A stretch of 64,000 bases of DNA, taken from the NCBI RefSeq assembly GCF_009914755.1, contig NC_060936.1; one strand, 5' to 3'. The stretch is from the human T2T-CHM13v2.0 reference genome, Homo sapiens. Positions within the stretch are counted from its first letter, which is position 1. Each line of letters begins with the position of its first letter. Position numbers and translations under genes: made by a program. The notes under the pieces were generated by a model, which did not search any database, had not been told where the DNA came from, and was given only the letters and a program-made list of their open reading frames with translations. Of the stretch, positions 31,501 through 47,629 are shown in pieces.

Positions 31501-34500
31501 CTGCTAGTATTTCTACCATGACACATCCCTTGTCTACTCCACATTTTGCCAGATTTCTCCTTTGAGTGTCTCTACTTTAACTTATGGTATGGGGTGAAAG
31601 AATGATAAGCCACTGGTACACCTGGCCCATGGAGCTTTAAGCCTGACTTGCCTAGTGACAAAGTCAGTTGCTGATGCCAGATAGGTCTCCTATCCATGCC
31701 TCCTCAGGTGCCTCGGGAAGGGGACACCATCAGCTCTCAACATTACACCCACCACCTCATTTTTCTGGGAGATTTCCGAAAGACAACGGGCATCTGAGCT
31801 TGCTTTTGCCCCTCCTGTTGGTAACTATAAGACACAGAGAAAGACAGAGGTGGCTGGTCCCGTGGAAAAGTCTAGGGGCTTCCTTGCTTACATTTCTCAT
31901 CATGTGTGTTCCTATTAATATTTACAAACTCTTCAGGCAGCTCATGAACAAATTCCCTTCTTGCCACTTTGTCCATTTCATTGCTTTACCTGGAGGAAGG
32001 TGTTTCCAGGGCAGTCACAAACTCCTTTAAGCTTAAATCACAGCATCACTGAACTTCAGAGTAAGTAGGGGCCTTGGACATATCTATCCTAAAGATTTCA
32101 TGTGAGCTCATGTGGACCCTGAAGCTCAAAGAGGAGAGACGATTTAAAGTCCTTCAGCTGAGCAGGGCAAGAGAGACTCCCACTCTGCACTGGACTGAAG
32201 TTCCTCTTTGCAATAATCAAAGAATCATAAACTAGAAAGAAACTTGAAAGATCCTTGCTCTACTCCTTTAATTGAGGCAGCATTACTTCATCTTAGATGA
32301 TTTCTTTTGCTGAGATCCCTTCCAAGCCTCTCTCTCTTTCTCTTTTTGCTTGCTTTTTCTCTTAATTCCTCCCTCCCTATAAGCTGTAACTAAAAAATTA
32401 CTATTTTAGCCACGAGGTATGTGATGCATGCAAAAAATAAATTAGCAAAACAGAACAGTGCTGTAATCTGAAAGGACAACTGTCTCCTGGACACTGTTTC
32501 CTACCTGGCCCACAGGGACACCAGCCTGGGCCCTTCTCACGCCCCTCCTGCTGTTGCTGCCCATTTGTTTTGAACTTAGATCCCTTCATCAGGTCCCCTA
32601 CGCCCCAAAGAACACCCTGTTCAGAAAGCTGTATCACTCCTCCACCCTGCCTGCCCCAGCCGCGGAATTCCAAGCCAAACAGCGCTTTCCTGCCTTTTCC
32701 ATTCCGTACAACATTCCTGGGCTTGTTTCCGCTGCTGGCATGCAGCTCATAGGTAGAGGAAAATGGAGCAAACCTTTGAAGGAATATGTTCAATCATCAC
32801 AATGGAAATGATGAAAAGTAGATAAAAAGTATAAGCCATGTAGTTACAAATCCTTAAAAAGATTGCTATCTCAAAACATCTTGTATATGCAAATTTAATA
32901 ATTGCAAGCTTGGAAGTGTTGTGAAGCCAACACAAGCTATTTGGGAGCTGAGGGGCTGTGGACCCTCTTTCTGGTGACCAGTAATTGAGACCCAAACCAG
33001 GACTCTTTTGAGAGTGAAAAGGTGTGTTACTGACGAGGATGCCAGTGGGCTTCTAGCTGGTACTTAAATACTTTACTGAGATCAGGAACTTCATTTGTCT
33101 TTGAATATCTCTGAGCATTTCCTGAAATTAGCATCTTTGCCTTTGTGTGACTTCTCCCCCTTGGGATCCCCAGGCAGGGAAAGCCTCATCCCTCTTCCCA
33201 AGAGGACAGCTGAGCTATTTGGGAACAGCTCTCCCATCTCCTGCGTCTTTTCTTCTTCAGGCTAAACATCTCTAGGTCCTTCAGCAGTCCCTTATTTGGG
33301 GTAGTTTTCTGGCCTTTCATTGGCCTGGTTGCTCCTCTGCATGAGCTGCGTTTGGTCTGTGTTTTACAGAGTCTGGCCAGAGCTCGGTGCAGCTTCCTCC
33401 AGCCTCTAGTTCTCGTGTCTTTCAGCCTGACCTGACACAGCCGCTTCTTAGACTCAGGGAGCAGACGCTCAGCCCCCTCATTTCCTTGAGCTTCTTTTCA
33501 CATACTTTCTTGGGCACAGCAGATGGGATTGGTGCTCATCAATGACAAGACCAGAATTAGGGGGAGGAACAAGGGCAGCAGTATGGGGGCTTTATTCACA
33601 TCTGAGTTGCTCAAGGGCTTTATGAAATGAATATGATTCAATACCTGTGTCTCTTTTGCTATGTCAAGAGCTTCATTTCCAGGATCAGGCTACTTGGATA
33701 CAAATCCTGTCTTGTCCTACTTAAACAATGTTTAAATTTGAGCAAGTTACTTCATTCCTTTGTGCCTCAGTTTCCTCCTTTGGGAGATGTAAAATCGTAC
33801 AGGATCAAATTAAAAGTACTGAGAACAGCATTTGGCAACATGGTACATCTCAACCCATGCTGTAAATATTATCGTTATTATTCTCCCTGCCCTCCTTTTC
33901 TCTTGGTGCTGTTGGTTACTCTTGGGGAGATTTTCCAGAGCAGCAAAAACTGCACCTTGCATGAGTGCTTCAAGCTGAAAAGTCACCTTCTGCCCTCTAG
34001 ATTGCAGGTGTCTCTGGGGGAGGAGAACAACACCTAAAGCCTGTCATTAATGCCTTTCAGGCTCCTGAGGCCTTTCATCCTGAAAGATTCCAAGGCCCTC
34101 GAATAAAAGAAGCAAAAACATTCATTAAAACATTAACAATTGCATGGCAGGTACAACAAGTCATCCCGATGATACAGCCCATTATGAAACATGCTCGTTA
34201 TCTGGAGCATTCAAGCAGTTTTAAGAGGTTTTGCTTATTCCAAGTAATCTTTGAATTTCAGTGACCAGTTGAACCCAGAATCTCCTTTCCATTCCTTCTT
34301 CCCCTCTCCCTTGGCAAACCAGAGACAAAGGCTTGGTCTGAAGGTCCCCTCCAGCTCTGTTTTCTCAGATGGGGCAAAGTGGAAAGCACAAGACAAAAGA
34401 GGGAGAGGGCAGTCATACTGGATCCCCACAAAATAACATCACCAACAGCAGAGAGAAATGGGCCTTTCATCTGAAGATCTCAGATCTATTTATACTCAAC

Positions 34501-35017
34501 ATATCTGGTATCTGCTGTTAGGCATAGCTGTGCTTAATTTCTGACTTGACCCAGGTTAGAGTGTCACTTCTTAGGTGTAAACAGCAGCAACAGTAATGTG
34601 TTGGCTTGTGAAAAGATCAGTCCATTGTTTCTCATTTTTAATCAACTCTGGAACATTCGTCAGTCAAGGATGTGCAAAAGATCTGCTCCAGCCTCAGTTC
34701 TGGGCTGCGTGGTTGGGCCAGCTGATTGCACTGTAGTGACCACATAGTGGGTCATTTGGAGGTTGGCACATGCACAGCTGTGAATTGTCCAAGGCTGACT
34801 CAGTCTAATTCACTAGCACTCAGTTGCATTGCAAATCCCTCATTTTTAGTGAAAGAAAGTGATGGCAAAATTTTATTTCCTGATCACCCATGTGAACAGT
34901 CTCAATAGGGTGTGCCATCTGCTAGAGATAACCTGAACCTATCAATCTGAAGGATTAGGGTTCATTGATGAGGGCAGATCTGCTCACCACACGGGCTTTT
35001 AAAGACATACATTCCTG

Positions 35018-35313
<296 letters not shown>

Positions 35314-37224
35314 TACATATATATATGTCTATATATATGTATGTCCATATAATCATGTTTATACACACACACACACACACACACACACGTATATATGATT
35401 TCCATTTCCAGTGGCAACAGATGCCACTAGATTTTCCTCTTGCCTGCTGCCCTTGTCCTCTGCACCGATGGGTGTTCCTTTTGTCCTCTGCTCAATGCAT
35501 GGCTGGCAGGCATGGAGGTGGCACTCAATGAAACTGGCTGTTGCCTCTCACTGTCACCACTCTCTTGGGTTTGGTGGCACATTCTTATCCCGCATTTCTA
35601 GTTTCTTAAGGGAGATGTAAAGAGAGAAGTGAATTAACATTCAGTGGATGCTTATAATGAATCAGACGCGTTACATACATGAGTTCAATTAATTTTGCAG
35701 GTCGTAATGTGACCTGAGAGATGTGGCGTTTTTGAAAATCCAAGTTAAGGAACACAGTGGGTAATACACATATTAATATACATTTAGACCAGAACACAGG
35801 AGATAAGAGGGCAGGGAGATTCCCTGTAAGGCCTCCTCTATTCTTTCTGCTCACAGGGGATGAAAGCGCTGAAATGCTGTCAGATTCTAGCATTGGTATA
35901 CTTCCACATTTGGGTACTTTTTGGGGTTACAAATTCTTGTTTGCAGGTTCCTGAAATGATAGATTTATTTACATTCTGGACTATCATACCATTGGCAGTG
36001 GCATTTTGGATCTGTGTTAGTGTCTCTGTAGAAACACTTTAGTATCTTTAGCCTAACTCATTGGGAGAACATTCTCAGCTCTTAGTTAGCCACATGTCTG
36101 AGGATCATAGCTGTTAGACCATGAGGCCATAACCAAGGCATCTCTCTCACCTTGCAGGACAAACATCTTGGAGGAGGAAGTAAACTGCTTGTATTACCGC
36201 CAATCTGTAAAAATGCAGGCAATGGCATAATAACCATTTGTAATGTCAGCTGATTTTGGTTCCTATTGCTTTAGTTTTGCTTTTGCTCACAAGAATTATT
36301 TCTTGCTGATCATAATAGCTTAGACCTTAATTCCATTAACATGTTTTTGGAATAGATGACATGCTTGGTGGCTCAGGGATCCTAGGAACGGGGCAAAGAT
36401 GTGGCTTCTGAGGTTTGACCCTGACTGTGTTCTGTAGGTGGGCAAATGGCCTGTTCCACATGACGAGTTGCTGGAAAGAACTAATATGAATTATTGCAGT
36501 TGACTTTGCATACATAAATACTTAAGTTGTGCTTAATAATACACTCGATGCAAATATCCTGCAAACACATTTACTGCTAAACCAGCTTCAGATAAGTTCA
36601 ATGGGTTTGCCATCCCACAAACAGTTTTTACCAGCCTGCCCTCTCTCCAGGATATAAAGCCTGTATCATAGAGACAGTAAAACTGAGTAAAAATGATTAA
36701 CATTCTTTCCTATTGACTTTTCTTAAGCTTCCCCTGGAAATAAGTATGTAGAATGGTGATGTGTGAGACTCAATCCATACACAAGTGTTTACTGCCATCT
36801 CGTGTGTTCCCACCATAAAGCTAAGCATAGATGCTTGATCCAGAAGAGGTGAAAGATATGATCCCTGCCTCCCTCGTGCATGAATAATCAAGTCCGAGAG
36901 CTAAAAATAACACTCAAGAAGCAAGCATAAAATTTTTTGACAATATGTATAAGTGATGTGACTAACCTCTGTCCTGGAGTATTTGAAAAGGTCACCATGA
37001 AGACAAAGGGATGAGCAGGGCCTTGAAGAAGGTTTGGATTATTAATAATAATTACTTATAATGGAGTACATTAGCATTTACAGTGAGCTCTTTTTATAAT
37101 CCCTCTGAGAAAGGTGACAGAAGGAGGGAAGACAATTTGTTGAGTAACTGTGCAAAGTGGACCAGATGACAACTGCTCAGGAAATAGGGTTCATTCTAAG
37201 AACTTACAGAACCCAACTCTTGTT

Positions 37225-37295
37225 TTCTTTTGCCCTTCCTTCCTTCCTTTCTTTTTTTTTCTTTCTTTCTTTTTCTTTCTTTCTTTCTTTCTTTT

Positions 37296-37346
<51 letters not shown>

Positions 37347-37465
37347 CTTTCTTTCTTTCTTTCTTTTTCTTTCTTTTTTCTTTCTTTTCTTTCTTTCTTT
37401 CTTTTCTCTTTCTCTTTCTTTCTTTCTTTCTTTTCTCTCTCTCTCTCTCTTTCTTTTTTTTTTTT
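37225..37465 (+). repeat. (TTTC)n/(TC)n polypyrimidine tract (expanded Alu tail)
   Basis: About 240 nt of pyrimidines abutting a minus-strand Alu. Confidence 0.95.
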
Positions 37466-37745
37466 TGAGATGGGGTCTTGCTCCATTGCCCAGGCTGGAG
37501 TGCAGTGGTGTGATCTCAGCAGCCTCGACCTCCCAGGCTCAAGCAATCCTCCCACCTCAGCCTCCTGAGTAGCAAAGACTACAGGTTTGCACCCCTATGC
37601 CTGTAACTTTCTTATTTTTATTATTGTAGAGATGGGGTTTTGCTATGTTGCCTAGGCTGGTCTGTAACTCCTGACCTCAAGTGATCCTCTTGCCTTGGCC
37701 TCCCAAAATGCTAGGATTATAGGTGTTAGCCACCATGCCTGGCTT
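37466..37745 (-). mobile_element. AluJ
   Basis: Reverse dimer; cccaactctt duplicated at ~37212 and ~37747. Confidence 0.88.
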
Positions 37746-38560
37746 CCCAACTCTTTTATAATGGACAGTAAGTCTGCTTGACTTCTGTTCCAAAGGAAAA
37801 TTCTACTCTGTCTTACAAGGCTGCTTACTATACAAACATCCTTGAAAAAGTAATCTGGAACAAAAGATAGTCCGTGCCTTTCTCACAAAACATGGAAAAA
37901 TGTGAGAGACCCATGGAGAATTCCCTCCTAACAACTTGCTCAATGTTCCCAAGCTAGCAGCAAGCATCTGGGTTAGGATTAGAAACCAAGCAGGCCGAGG
38001 AAAATTTAATGACCTCACTGACTCCCTGTCCAAGATCATCAGACTCCAATCTATCCCAATTTCTGGGACCACCTCTCTTCCTGTTTGGGCAATTTTGGCA
38101 TTTGAGCAACACGGCCTTTATGTTGCTAGCCTGGCTCGTGTGGGGTAGCCCCGTGTCAGTGATTATGTTCCTTCTTTGTCCCTTGGGGCCACGCCCTGAT
38201 CCTGGACTCCACTTTTGCGGTGTTTCTTTCCTAGTTCCTCAGGATGAAGTGCCTGCCTTGTCCTTGACCTAGTCCCACAATCCCAAGAATTCAGCTGCCA
38301 TGTTCCAGGACACTCTTGGCCAGCATGATGCCTGGATCATTGTGTCTTCTATCCCAGATGTGCTGCTGTATGTGGGCCACTTGTCACGCTTGCAGGAGCT
38401 CCTCCATGTTGACCTACCCACCGAGACCTTTATCCTGTCACTTCCTCTGCTGACCTGAGACTGCTCCACAGGTTCTGTTGGATTTCAAGTATCTTCTTCT
38501 ATAACATCTACTCCCATGTGCTTGTCTCACCCTGTACCATGTATTTTGTTGCTGGATCAT

Positions 38561-38912
38561 TGTCTTGATGCACTCAGGCAGCAATAAAAGAATACCATAG
38601 CCTGGGTGGCTTATAAACAGCAGAAATTTATTTCTCACAGTTCTGGAGGATGGGAAGTCCAAGATCAAGGAGCTAGAAGATTTTGTGTCTGGGGAGAGCT
38701 TACTTTCTGGTTCAAAGACAGCTGTCTTCTCACTGTGTCACCACATGGTGGAAGGAGTGAGGGAGCTCTCTTTTTTTTTTTTTTTGTAAGGGCACTAATC
38801 CCATTCAAGACCTAATCACCTATTAAAGGCCTGACCTGCTACTGCCATCATATTGGGGGTTAGGATTTCAGCATATTGATTTTAGAGGGACACAAACATT
38901 CAGTTTCCAGCA
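38561..38912 (-). mobile_element. MaLR solo LTR (MLT1A-like)
   Basis: gggtggcttataaac.acagaaatttatttctcacagttctggagg; near-TSD atcat/gtcat. Confidence 0.85.
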
Positions 38913-41159
38913 GTCATTTGTCCAGTTGTTTACGTGGTTTCATTGCAATGAGGGGAGGGAGGTGGTGATGGGTGCTTCAAGGGTGGACAGCAAAGCAAAG
39001 TGCTGCAGAGAAATGAGTGTATTGGGCCAACCAGGAAGCCAGTCTGATCTGACCCAGGGTAAAGAATGGGAGAATAGAGACTTCCAATGCTAGGGTGAAG
39101 AATGCAAATAGAACTCAGTGACTGAATCATTGAACATCACAAGAGACTTCATGGTGGTGTGGACTGGTGGATAGAGTGTGGCTTGGGCATCGGGTAGAGA
39201 TGGGTTTGAATCCTGGATCTGCTACCTATGAGGTGTGACCTTGGAACTTTTACTCTATGTCTCAGAGTTTCTCATCTAGAAAACTGTGGTAATGATACCT
39301 ACCCCATGGGGCTGTTATGAAGATTGTCCATAAAACAGATACATCTAGCATGGTGACTTCGAATTATAAATGCTCGATAAATGGTAGCTGTTATAGATTG
39401 ATCCTGATGGAATGCTAGCCCTGGAAGGACCCTTACGGCATATTTAATCTAACCTGTTTATTTTAGACATGAGAAGAAATGAAGCTCAGAGCAGTCAGCT
39501 AAGTGACCTGTTTGCTCAACCTTGCCAGGGGTGACAGAAACTTACTCATTGAACACTGATTACTTATCAAGGGCTTGATCGTGTGCAGTCAGACATTTAT
39601 TGGTTGCTGACTCGCTGCCAGCAGACAGACAGCAGCATCCTCTGGAGACACAGGTGATGTGTTTGGTTATGGCTTACCCTGTAGTGGGGGCACTGTCCTC
39701 TCTTAGCTATGGACTATCTGGATGTAAACCAGTGAAGTCCTCTGTGATGTAGCCAGCCTACCAGCCCTTCAGCCTCACCGCCTTCCTTCAGTTCCTCAAA
39801 ACTGCTCTACTCTTTGCTGCCACTTAGGGCCACTTCACTCAGCCAATTCCCAGTCATTTTTTAAGGTCTCAGCGTAAGTGCTGTTTTTCCAGAAAAGCCT
39901 TCCCAAATGCCAGCAGTGAGGTGAGGTTGCCTGTCATCTGCCCCCTTAATGCCTGGGTCTCCTCCTTCACTGCGCCTCTCCTGACATCATCAGTACCCAC
40001 CTTTTCCACTAGGGAATCTCTGTAAGAGTGGAAATTGGTTGGTGTTGTTCACTGGGACACCCCCAGGGCCTGGCAGAGAGTAGATGCTTAGTGAATGTTG
40101 GTTAAATGACTGATTAAGGTTTGCTAACTGCAAACCTTAATTCGTTGTTCCAGAATTTTGGAGTTGCTGCTTGGGATGTAAAAAATACACTAAAAATGGA
40201 GTAGTTCTTAGAGTATTTCTTCCCAAAAAAGGCAATGAGGAAGGTTATACTGATAGGTACATATTTATGTAATATGTATTCTACCTACCGGCACAGAAAC
40301 AGGCATTGCATTGCCCTTATGCTTCTCAGTTTATCTTGCAGTGACACTTCATCATGGACCACTTGGTCCAAGGACTGGTATTTGGAAACTGCTCTCCTAA
40401 AAGTCACAGCCATTAATTAGCTGTAGCAATTGCCATTGCTCTACATTACTAAGGAAAGCAAATTTCTGAGTCCCAAAGGTTTCCATGACAAATCTACCAA
40501 ATATACAACCTTCTTTTATATCTTCATGGCTCAATTTTTACCCTAGCTCTACTTTTTATTTTTTAAATGAAAATCTTACCTTGTCATGGTGGCTTATTTA
40601 GTTCCCAGGTCAGTTCACACTGTCCAGTGTACAGTGGTGCAGGTTGCACCCTGCCAAGTGTCCCCAGCTGAGGGAAGAGTGAGCTCCGTCTCCAAACTGT
40701 GTACCCAAGTGGGGTCTGGGTCTGTTAGGGAGACAAGGCCACATGTTTCTAGTTCACACAAAGGAGAAAGGGCAGGAGGTGATGGCCGTCCAAAGAGTCA
40801 ATAGAGTGGATTAATTTGGAGCATGTGGGCTTTGCAGGAAGATGTGCATAGGTTTAGATCTTTGCCCCCACCACTGTCCGTGTGACTTTTGGCAAGTTTG
40901 TAAGCCTCAGTTTTCTTATCTGTAAAACAAGAATAAAAGCAACAGCAACAACAAGATCTGTTTTATATGGTTGTTGGAAGGATTAAATGAGCTCATGCAG
41001 CAGAAGGCTCAGCAGAGTGGCAGGGCTTCATAAATGCTGCCTGTGTTGATCATTGATGGTTCCAGGAAGCCCTGGAATGTCTTATGGACAGAGAACTCAC
41101 CCGCTGTTTCCTGTTTCCTCCTCCTCACCTTATTGCCCTGTCCGAACAGGTGACTCCCT

Positions 41160-41630
41160 TCATGTCCCCACCATCTCATTTACTAAAACCAGAAACCAAG
41201 ACATCACCCTAGACAGCTCTCTCTCCTCCTCCCTCACTTCAACATCTAAGCAGTCTCTAAAGTCTATGAGTTCTACCAGCTCACCCTCCTTCCCCCGACC
41301 TTAGCCCAGCTACTTGGTCCAGAGCAGCCTCATTCCTATTTTGGACAATGGCAGCACCCTCAGACTGGCCCCTGCCCCAGTTGTTCAGAAATGCAAATCT
41401 GAGCTGATTGCTTCCTTGCTTAAGACTATCCACTGGTGCCCTCTTTATCTACAGGATAAAGCCTGCATTTCTTTGGGATTAATCATGGTTTTGAAAGACC
41501 TAGCCTGTCTCCTTACTGCTGCTATCACAATCCCTGTGTCCATCAACAGGGCATTCTCGGTGCACTTTCAACAGCTTCATGGCATTTCCTGTCTCTGTGC
41601 CTTTGACATGTTGTTCTGCTTTCTAGGAAT
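41160..41630 (+). mobile_element. L2 fragment
   Basis: ccagaaacc....catcaccctagac...aaatgcaaatctga...tgtctctgtgcctttg L2 3' region. Confidence 0.6.
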
Positions 41631-41788
41631 GCTGTTGATGATGACGATGAAGAGGAAGAGGCTGAGAGTAACAGTAACAGCTGCCATGCATTGGCGATTT
41701 ACAACAATAACCGTTTTCTGTGCTCAGTGCTTTGCATTCATAATCTGTCTTTCCCCAACCTTGGTTACCTGGTGAACTCCTCAAATAG

Positions 41789-42073
<285 letters not shown>

Positions 42074-43229
42074 ATAGAATTATGATCTTTAGAAATATAT
42101 CGTTGTGTTGGTTTATGGGAGTGCTTCACCTGGAATACAGAGGGCTTGACTTTACTGGGCCCTTATTTGAGCCCACGTTGTCATGTGTGGTAGTCAGTGA
42201 TGCCCTCCTACTCATTTTAAAAAATAGACTTTGGTTTTTAGAGCAGTTTTAGGTTCACAGCAAAATTGAGCAGAAAGCACAGAGTTCCAATATATCCTCT
42301 GAGCCCTTGCCCCAGCCTCATTATCAGCATCCCAAGCCAGAGTGATACATTTGTTATGACTGATACATTAACACATGAGTATCACCCCAAGTCCCTAGTT
42401 TACATTAGGGCTCCCTCTTGGTGTAGTACATTCTGTGGGTTTAGGCACACGTGTAATGACATGTATCCACTATTATAGTGAGACGGAGTACTTTCCCTGT
42501 GCTACAAATCCTCTGTGCTTCATCTCTTCATCCCTCCCTCAAACCCCTGGCAACCACTGATCTTTTTATTATCTCCATAGTTTTGCCTTTTCTGAAATGT
42601 CATGTAGTTGCAATCATATAGTACATAGCCTTTTCAGAGCAGCCTCTTTCACTTAGTAACATGCATTTATGTTTCCTCCATGTATTTTCATGGCTTAATA
42701 GCTCACTGTTGTTTAGTCCTGAATAATATTCCATTGTCTGAATGCAAAACAGTTTTTGAAGGACAAAACTGAAGGACATTTTGGTTGCTTCCAAGTTTTC
42801 GCAATTATGAATAAAACTGCCATAACATCTGTGTGCAGGTTTTGGCATGGGCATAAGTTTTCAACTCATTTGGTTGAAACCAACCAAGGAACATGGTTGC
42901 TGAGTCATTTGATAGGAGCATGTTTTGTTTTTTGAGAAACCGTTGAACTGCCTTTCAAAGTGGTTGTACTGTTTTGCATTTCCACCAGCCATGAATGAGA
43001 GTTTCGTTAGCTCCACATTCTTGTCAGCACTCGATGTCATCACTGTTCTGGATTTTGACAATTCTATTAAATAATAAGTGCATGGTAGTATCTTATTTTA
43101 ATTTGCAATTCTCTAGTGACATATGATGTTGAGCACCTTGTCATATGCTTATTTGCCATCTGTCTATCTTCTTTGGTGAGGTGTCTGTTTAAATCTTTTC
43201 TCCATCTTAAAATCAAATTGTTTTCATAA

Positions 43230-43685
<456 letters not shown>

Positions 43686-44049
43686 TGAGCTCCTACTCAT
43701 TTTTCTTTCTTTCTTTTTTTAATTTATTTTTTTCTACTCCCCAGATTGGAAGAGCTCCTACTCGTTTTTAAAGCACAGCTTGGGACTCAACTTCTGTGAT
43801 ACTGGAACTGTCTCTTTCTGTCTCCAGAAGTTGATCACTATTGACTCTGTGCCATTACTGTGCCTTTTACAAATATCCATCATATTGTAAATATTTACCC
43901 ATCAGACTGTAACATTCTCGGGAAGAGGGAGGGACATGCCACTCATTTTTGCATTTCCAGAGCAAAGCATAGTATCTGGCACTAGCTAATGTGTGTCGTA
44001 GTATATGTGTGTCGAGTGAGCTAAAGGTGTACAATGAGGACCCAAGTGA

Positions 44050-44459
<410 letters not shown>

Positions 44460-45519
44460 TGGACACAGGTATTTTTAATAGATCCCAGATGTAAGCCATC
44501 CCTCCCCACCAGAAAAGGGGTGGGTGATTAGAGGCCGAATTCCTCCCCAGTCAGGGCAAATACATTTATAAATTGCTCTGGGGGTCTTCGTGGGCAAGAA
44601 GCGTGTCTGTCGCCTGCATATAATTTTCTAGAGTGTGTCCCGACTCAGCTCTTCCCACTCCTTTTTCCATTTCTGCTTATCATTTAGCTAGAATCTTCAC
44701 TGTGAAGGAACAATTACCATTCTGTCTGCCTCCACAAAGTCTCATCTCCTGAATGGAGCTGTAAGAGCGTGTGCATGTGCGTGCTCAGGTGGTGAAATAC
44801 CTTCTGAATTCTTCCACGGGTCAGAATCTTGCAAACTTAAGTCAAAACCCTTTCCTTGCTCTCTTCTCCTCCCTCTACTGCGACCTTCCTTCTGTTTTTT
44901 TCTTACTTCTCATCTCTGCCTCCCTCTTTCCTTTGGCTTGCAGTGTTTTTGTAAAATTCTCCCCTTCTTGACCCCATATAATCCCTGGCATGTAGCTCAG
45001 AATGCATTCCATTATATCTAAGAACACTTTTCTCTCAATGGGGCTTCTATTAAGACCAGACCTTGCATCCAGAGTTGGTTTAAGCCCTAAGGGGATGAAG
45101 TTGGGAGAAGAAAGAATTTTCACATGATTTATAGGCTTGTGACCATTTGACTTATAGACATGACTGCTGAGACATTCAAATGAAAAGTAAAGAAAAATCC
45201 AGTAAAAGATCAGCAGATGTTTTGTCTGCAAGGCTTGAGACTTTCAAAGTTAGGCAGGAAAAATGTGGATTCTTGACTGAACTTTGCAATTTTCACAGGG
45301 TGTTTTAGGGATATTTAGGTAATAGTCATTATTAGCATCTCGAGTCAGTTTAGATAATTAAAAAAGTTAGCAAACTATTGCAAGATTGCTGTAAAAAGTC
45401 CAAATAATATAGAAATCTACAGAGCAGAAGCTTAAATGTCCCTTCTGCCTTCCTTCCTCTCCCTCCATTTCACTCTTTTCTGAGACAAATTCAAGGATTG
45501 AATATGTGCGCTTTGGGAC

Positions 45520-46690
45520 ATTTTCTTTTCCTGTGCACACACGCTCGGTTCTATTATTACTTTCACATAAATGGTCATTGTGTACAATTTATTCTGTGAT
45601 GTTCATTTTTTCATTGAATAATAGACCTTGGAGATCTTTCATGTTAGTACATACAGAATAATCTCCCTCTTTAGCTGCTGTGGAGGGTTCTGGAACATGG
45701 GCATAATAACCTTTACCTAACCATTCTCCCAGGGAGGGTTGTTGGGGTGACATCGTTCCTATTCTCTCTTTCCTTTTTCTATTTCGAACCATAAAGCAAT
45801 AAATATCCTTACACATATATTTTTTCTCATATATATTTTTGTGGATATTATAAAACTTTACGTATTTTTGCTGATTCCAGGTGACATTGAGCCTCTTGCT
45901 CTCAGTCCATTTGTTTTTTTTTTTTTAAATTTCAAATTGCCTGTTCATTTGCTTTTTTTTACTGTTCTTAGGAATTGTACATATTTTCTTATTAATTTTT
46001 TGGGGTTCTTTTCTAAGACTTTATGATGAATTTTTAAGCATACAGAAAAATGAACAGAATTGCATATATAGTAAACACCCGTGTGTCCACCACCAAGAAT
46101 TTATAAATAACATTTTGCTGTTTTGACTTTTATCACATAGCTTTTCACCTATCCATCCTTTTATTCATTTATCAATCCACCTTCTTTTTATGCATTTCAG
46201 AATAAGTTGCAGGTATCAGTATACTATTTCAGATTCTTATCAATAACAGAATTCAATATTTGTTTACAGTCCTTTTTATTTTTTATGGTAATGTTTACAT
46301 ACAGTAAAATGCACAAATCTTAAAGTTTAATTCAATGTAGGGGGCTTTATATATATATGTTAAGGGTAGTAATTGTCCCTTTTTATTTATATTGCAAGTA
46401 TTTTCTTCAAATCTGGCACTTACCTTTTAACTTTGTTATCATATCCTTCACACACAGAACTGCAAAATTTACATAGTCAATCTGTCAATAATTTTCTTTA
46501 TGGATTCTAGAGCTTGCATCACCCTTACGATGACTTCTCCCGTCCCAATATGATTTTAAAAATTCAATTTTTCAGTGTTCTGGTAGTTATATTTTTAATT
46601 TTAAAAATCCATATTAAATTATATTTTTGTGTAGGGAGTGATAAAACCTAACTTTTGCAATAACAAACCAGTTGTCCCAAAGCCAAAGAC
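45520..46690 (-). mobile_element. Old L1ME-type fragments
   Basis: AT-rich degenerate L1 (ggagatctttcatg..., aaaatgcacaaatcttaa, ccagttgtcccaa). Confidence 0.5.
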
Positions 46691-47629
46691 TCTTTTTAGA
46701 TTTATCTGCTGTAGTCTTTGATGGATGATTTTCTCCAAAATTTAGAAGAAGTTGGAAGAGTGGAGGAAGAAAAGTCAGCAAGAAAGTAGGAGAAAGCAGT
46801 GCAGAGGGGATGGAGAGAAAATGAGATTTTGGAGTGAAGATTCTAAAAGTCTCACTAAATTTTTCTGCAACAATTGAACGAAGTTATTTTTTGCATAAAA
46901 CTGTGAAAACGCAAGTTTTGTCTTCAACAATATCTCCCACATAATTTTATTTGACAGAATAATAAGGTGATTCAGAGCTTGGGAATTATATAAAAACCAG
47001 TTTCTGTATCTTTTTAGTGAAGACTTATCTGTGAAAGCATCGGAGTCAAGGTGTGCAATTTGTCAGATATCAACTGCAGCATTAGTGATTGATCAGTCTG
47101 GGGACATGTGAAAGGAGAGAGAGAGAAAGCAGCAGCCAAGAGCACAGCAGTCAGAGGGAGGGTCTGGCTACACTTTGCAGTTTCACTTTTGAGGTAGGGG
47201 ACAAGGCAGCCTTTGGCAAGGGAGCATGACCTAGGGTCAGTGTTGCCATTTGAGAAACAAGGGAACAAAAGAAATATGGATATATAGTTCTTTCGAGAAC
47301 ACATCTAGACTATCTCATCCAGTCTTGGAAACGTTAGTGTTTTTTAGCAGACAATCAGTTGGAGTGAACCAGAGAAAGAGAAGAAAAAATTACTTGTAAT
47401 GACGTGTTAAAAGGAATGCAAAAGAATTTTTGTCAATTGCACTGCACAGCACAAAAGCAAATTCTTTCTATTATTAACACAACATAAGGAAAGAAGAAGA
47501 AAGTGTCAATGTTTTACTACCATGATAAATACTTGCAGGGGTTCAAAGAACTATAAATAAGGGTTCACATGTGTCATGCTTTCTACAATACACTATTTAT
47601 TCAGGATCTAATAAAAAGTGAATATTGTA

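Noticed and set aside
37150-37572. Phe/Ser/Leu- and Lys/Glu/Arg-rich ORFs
   Set aside because: Translations of (TTTC)n plus Alu
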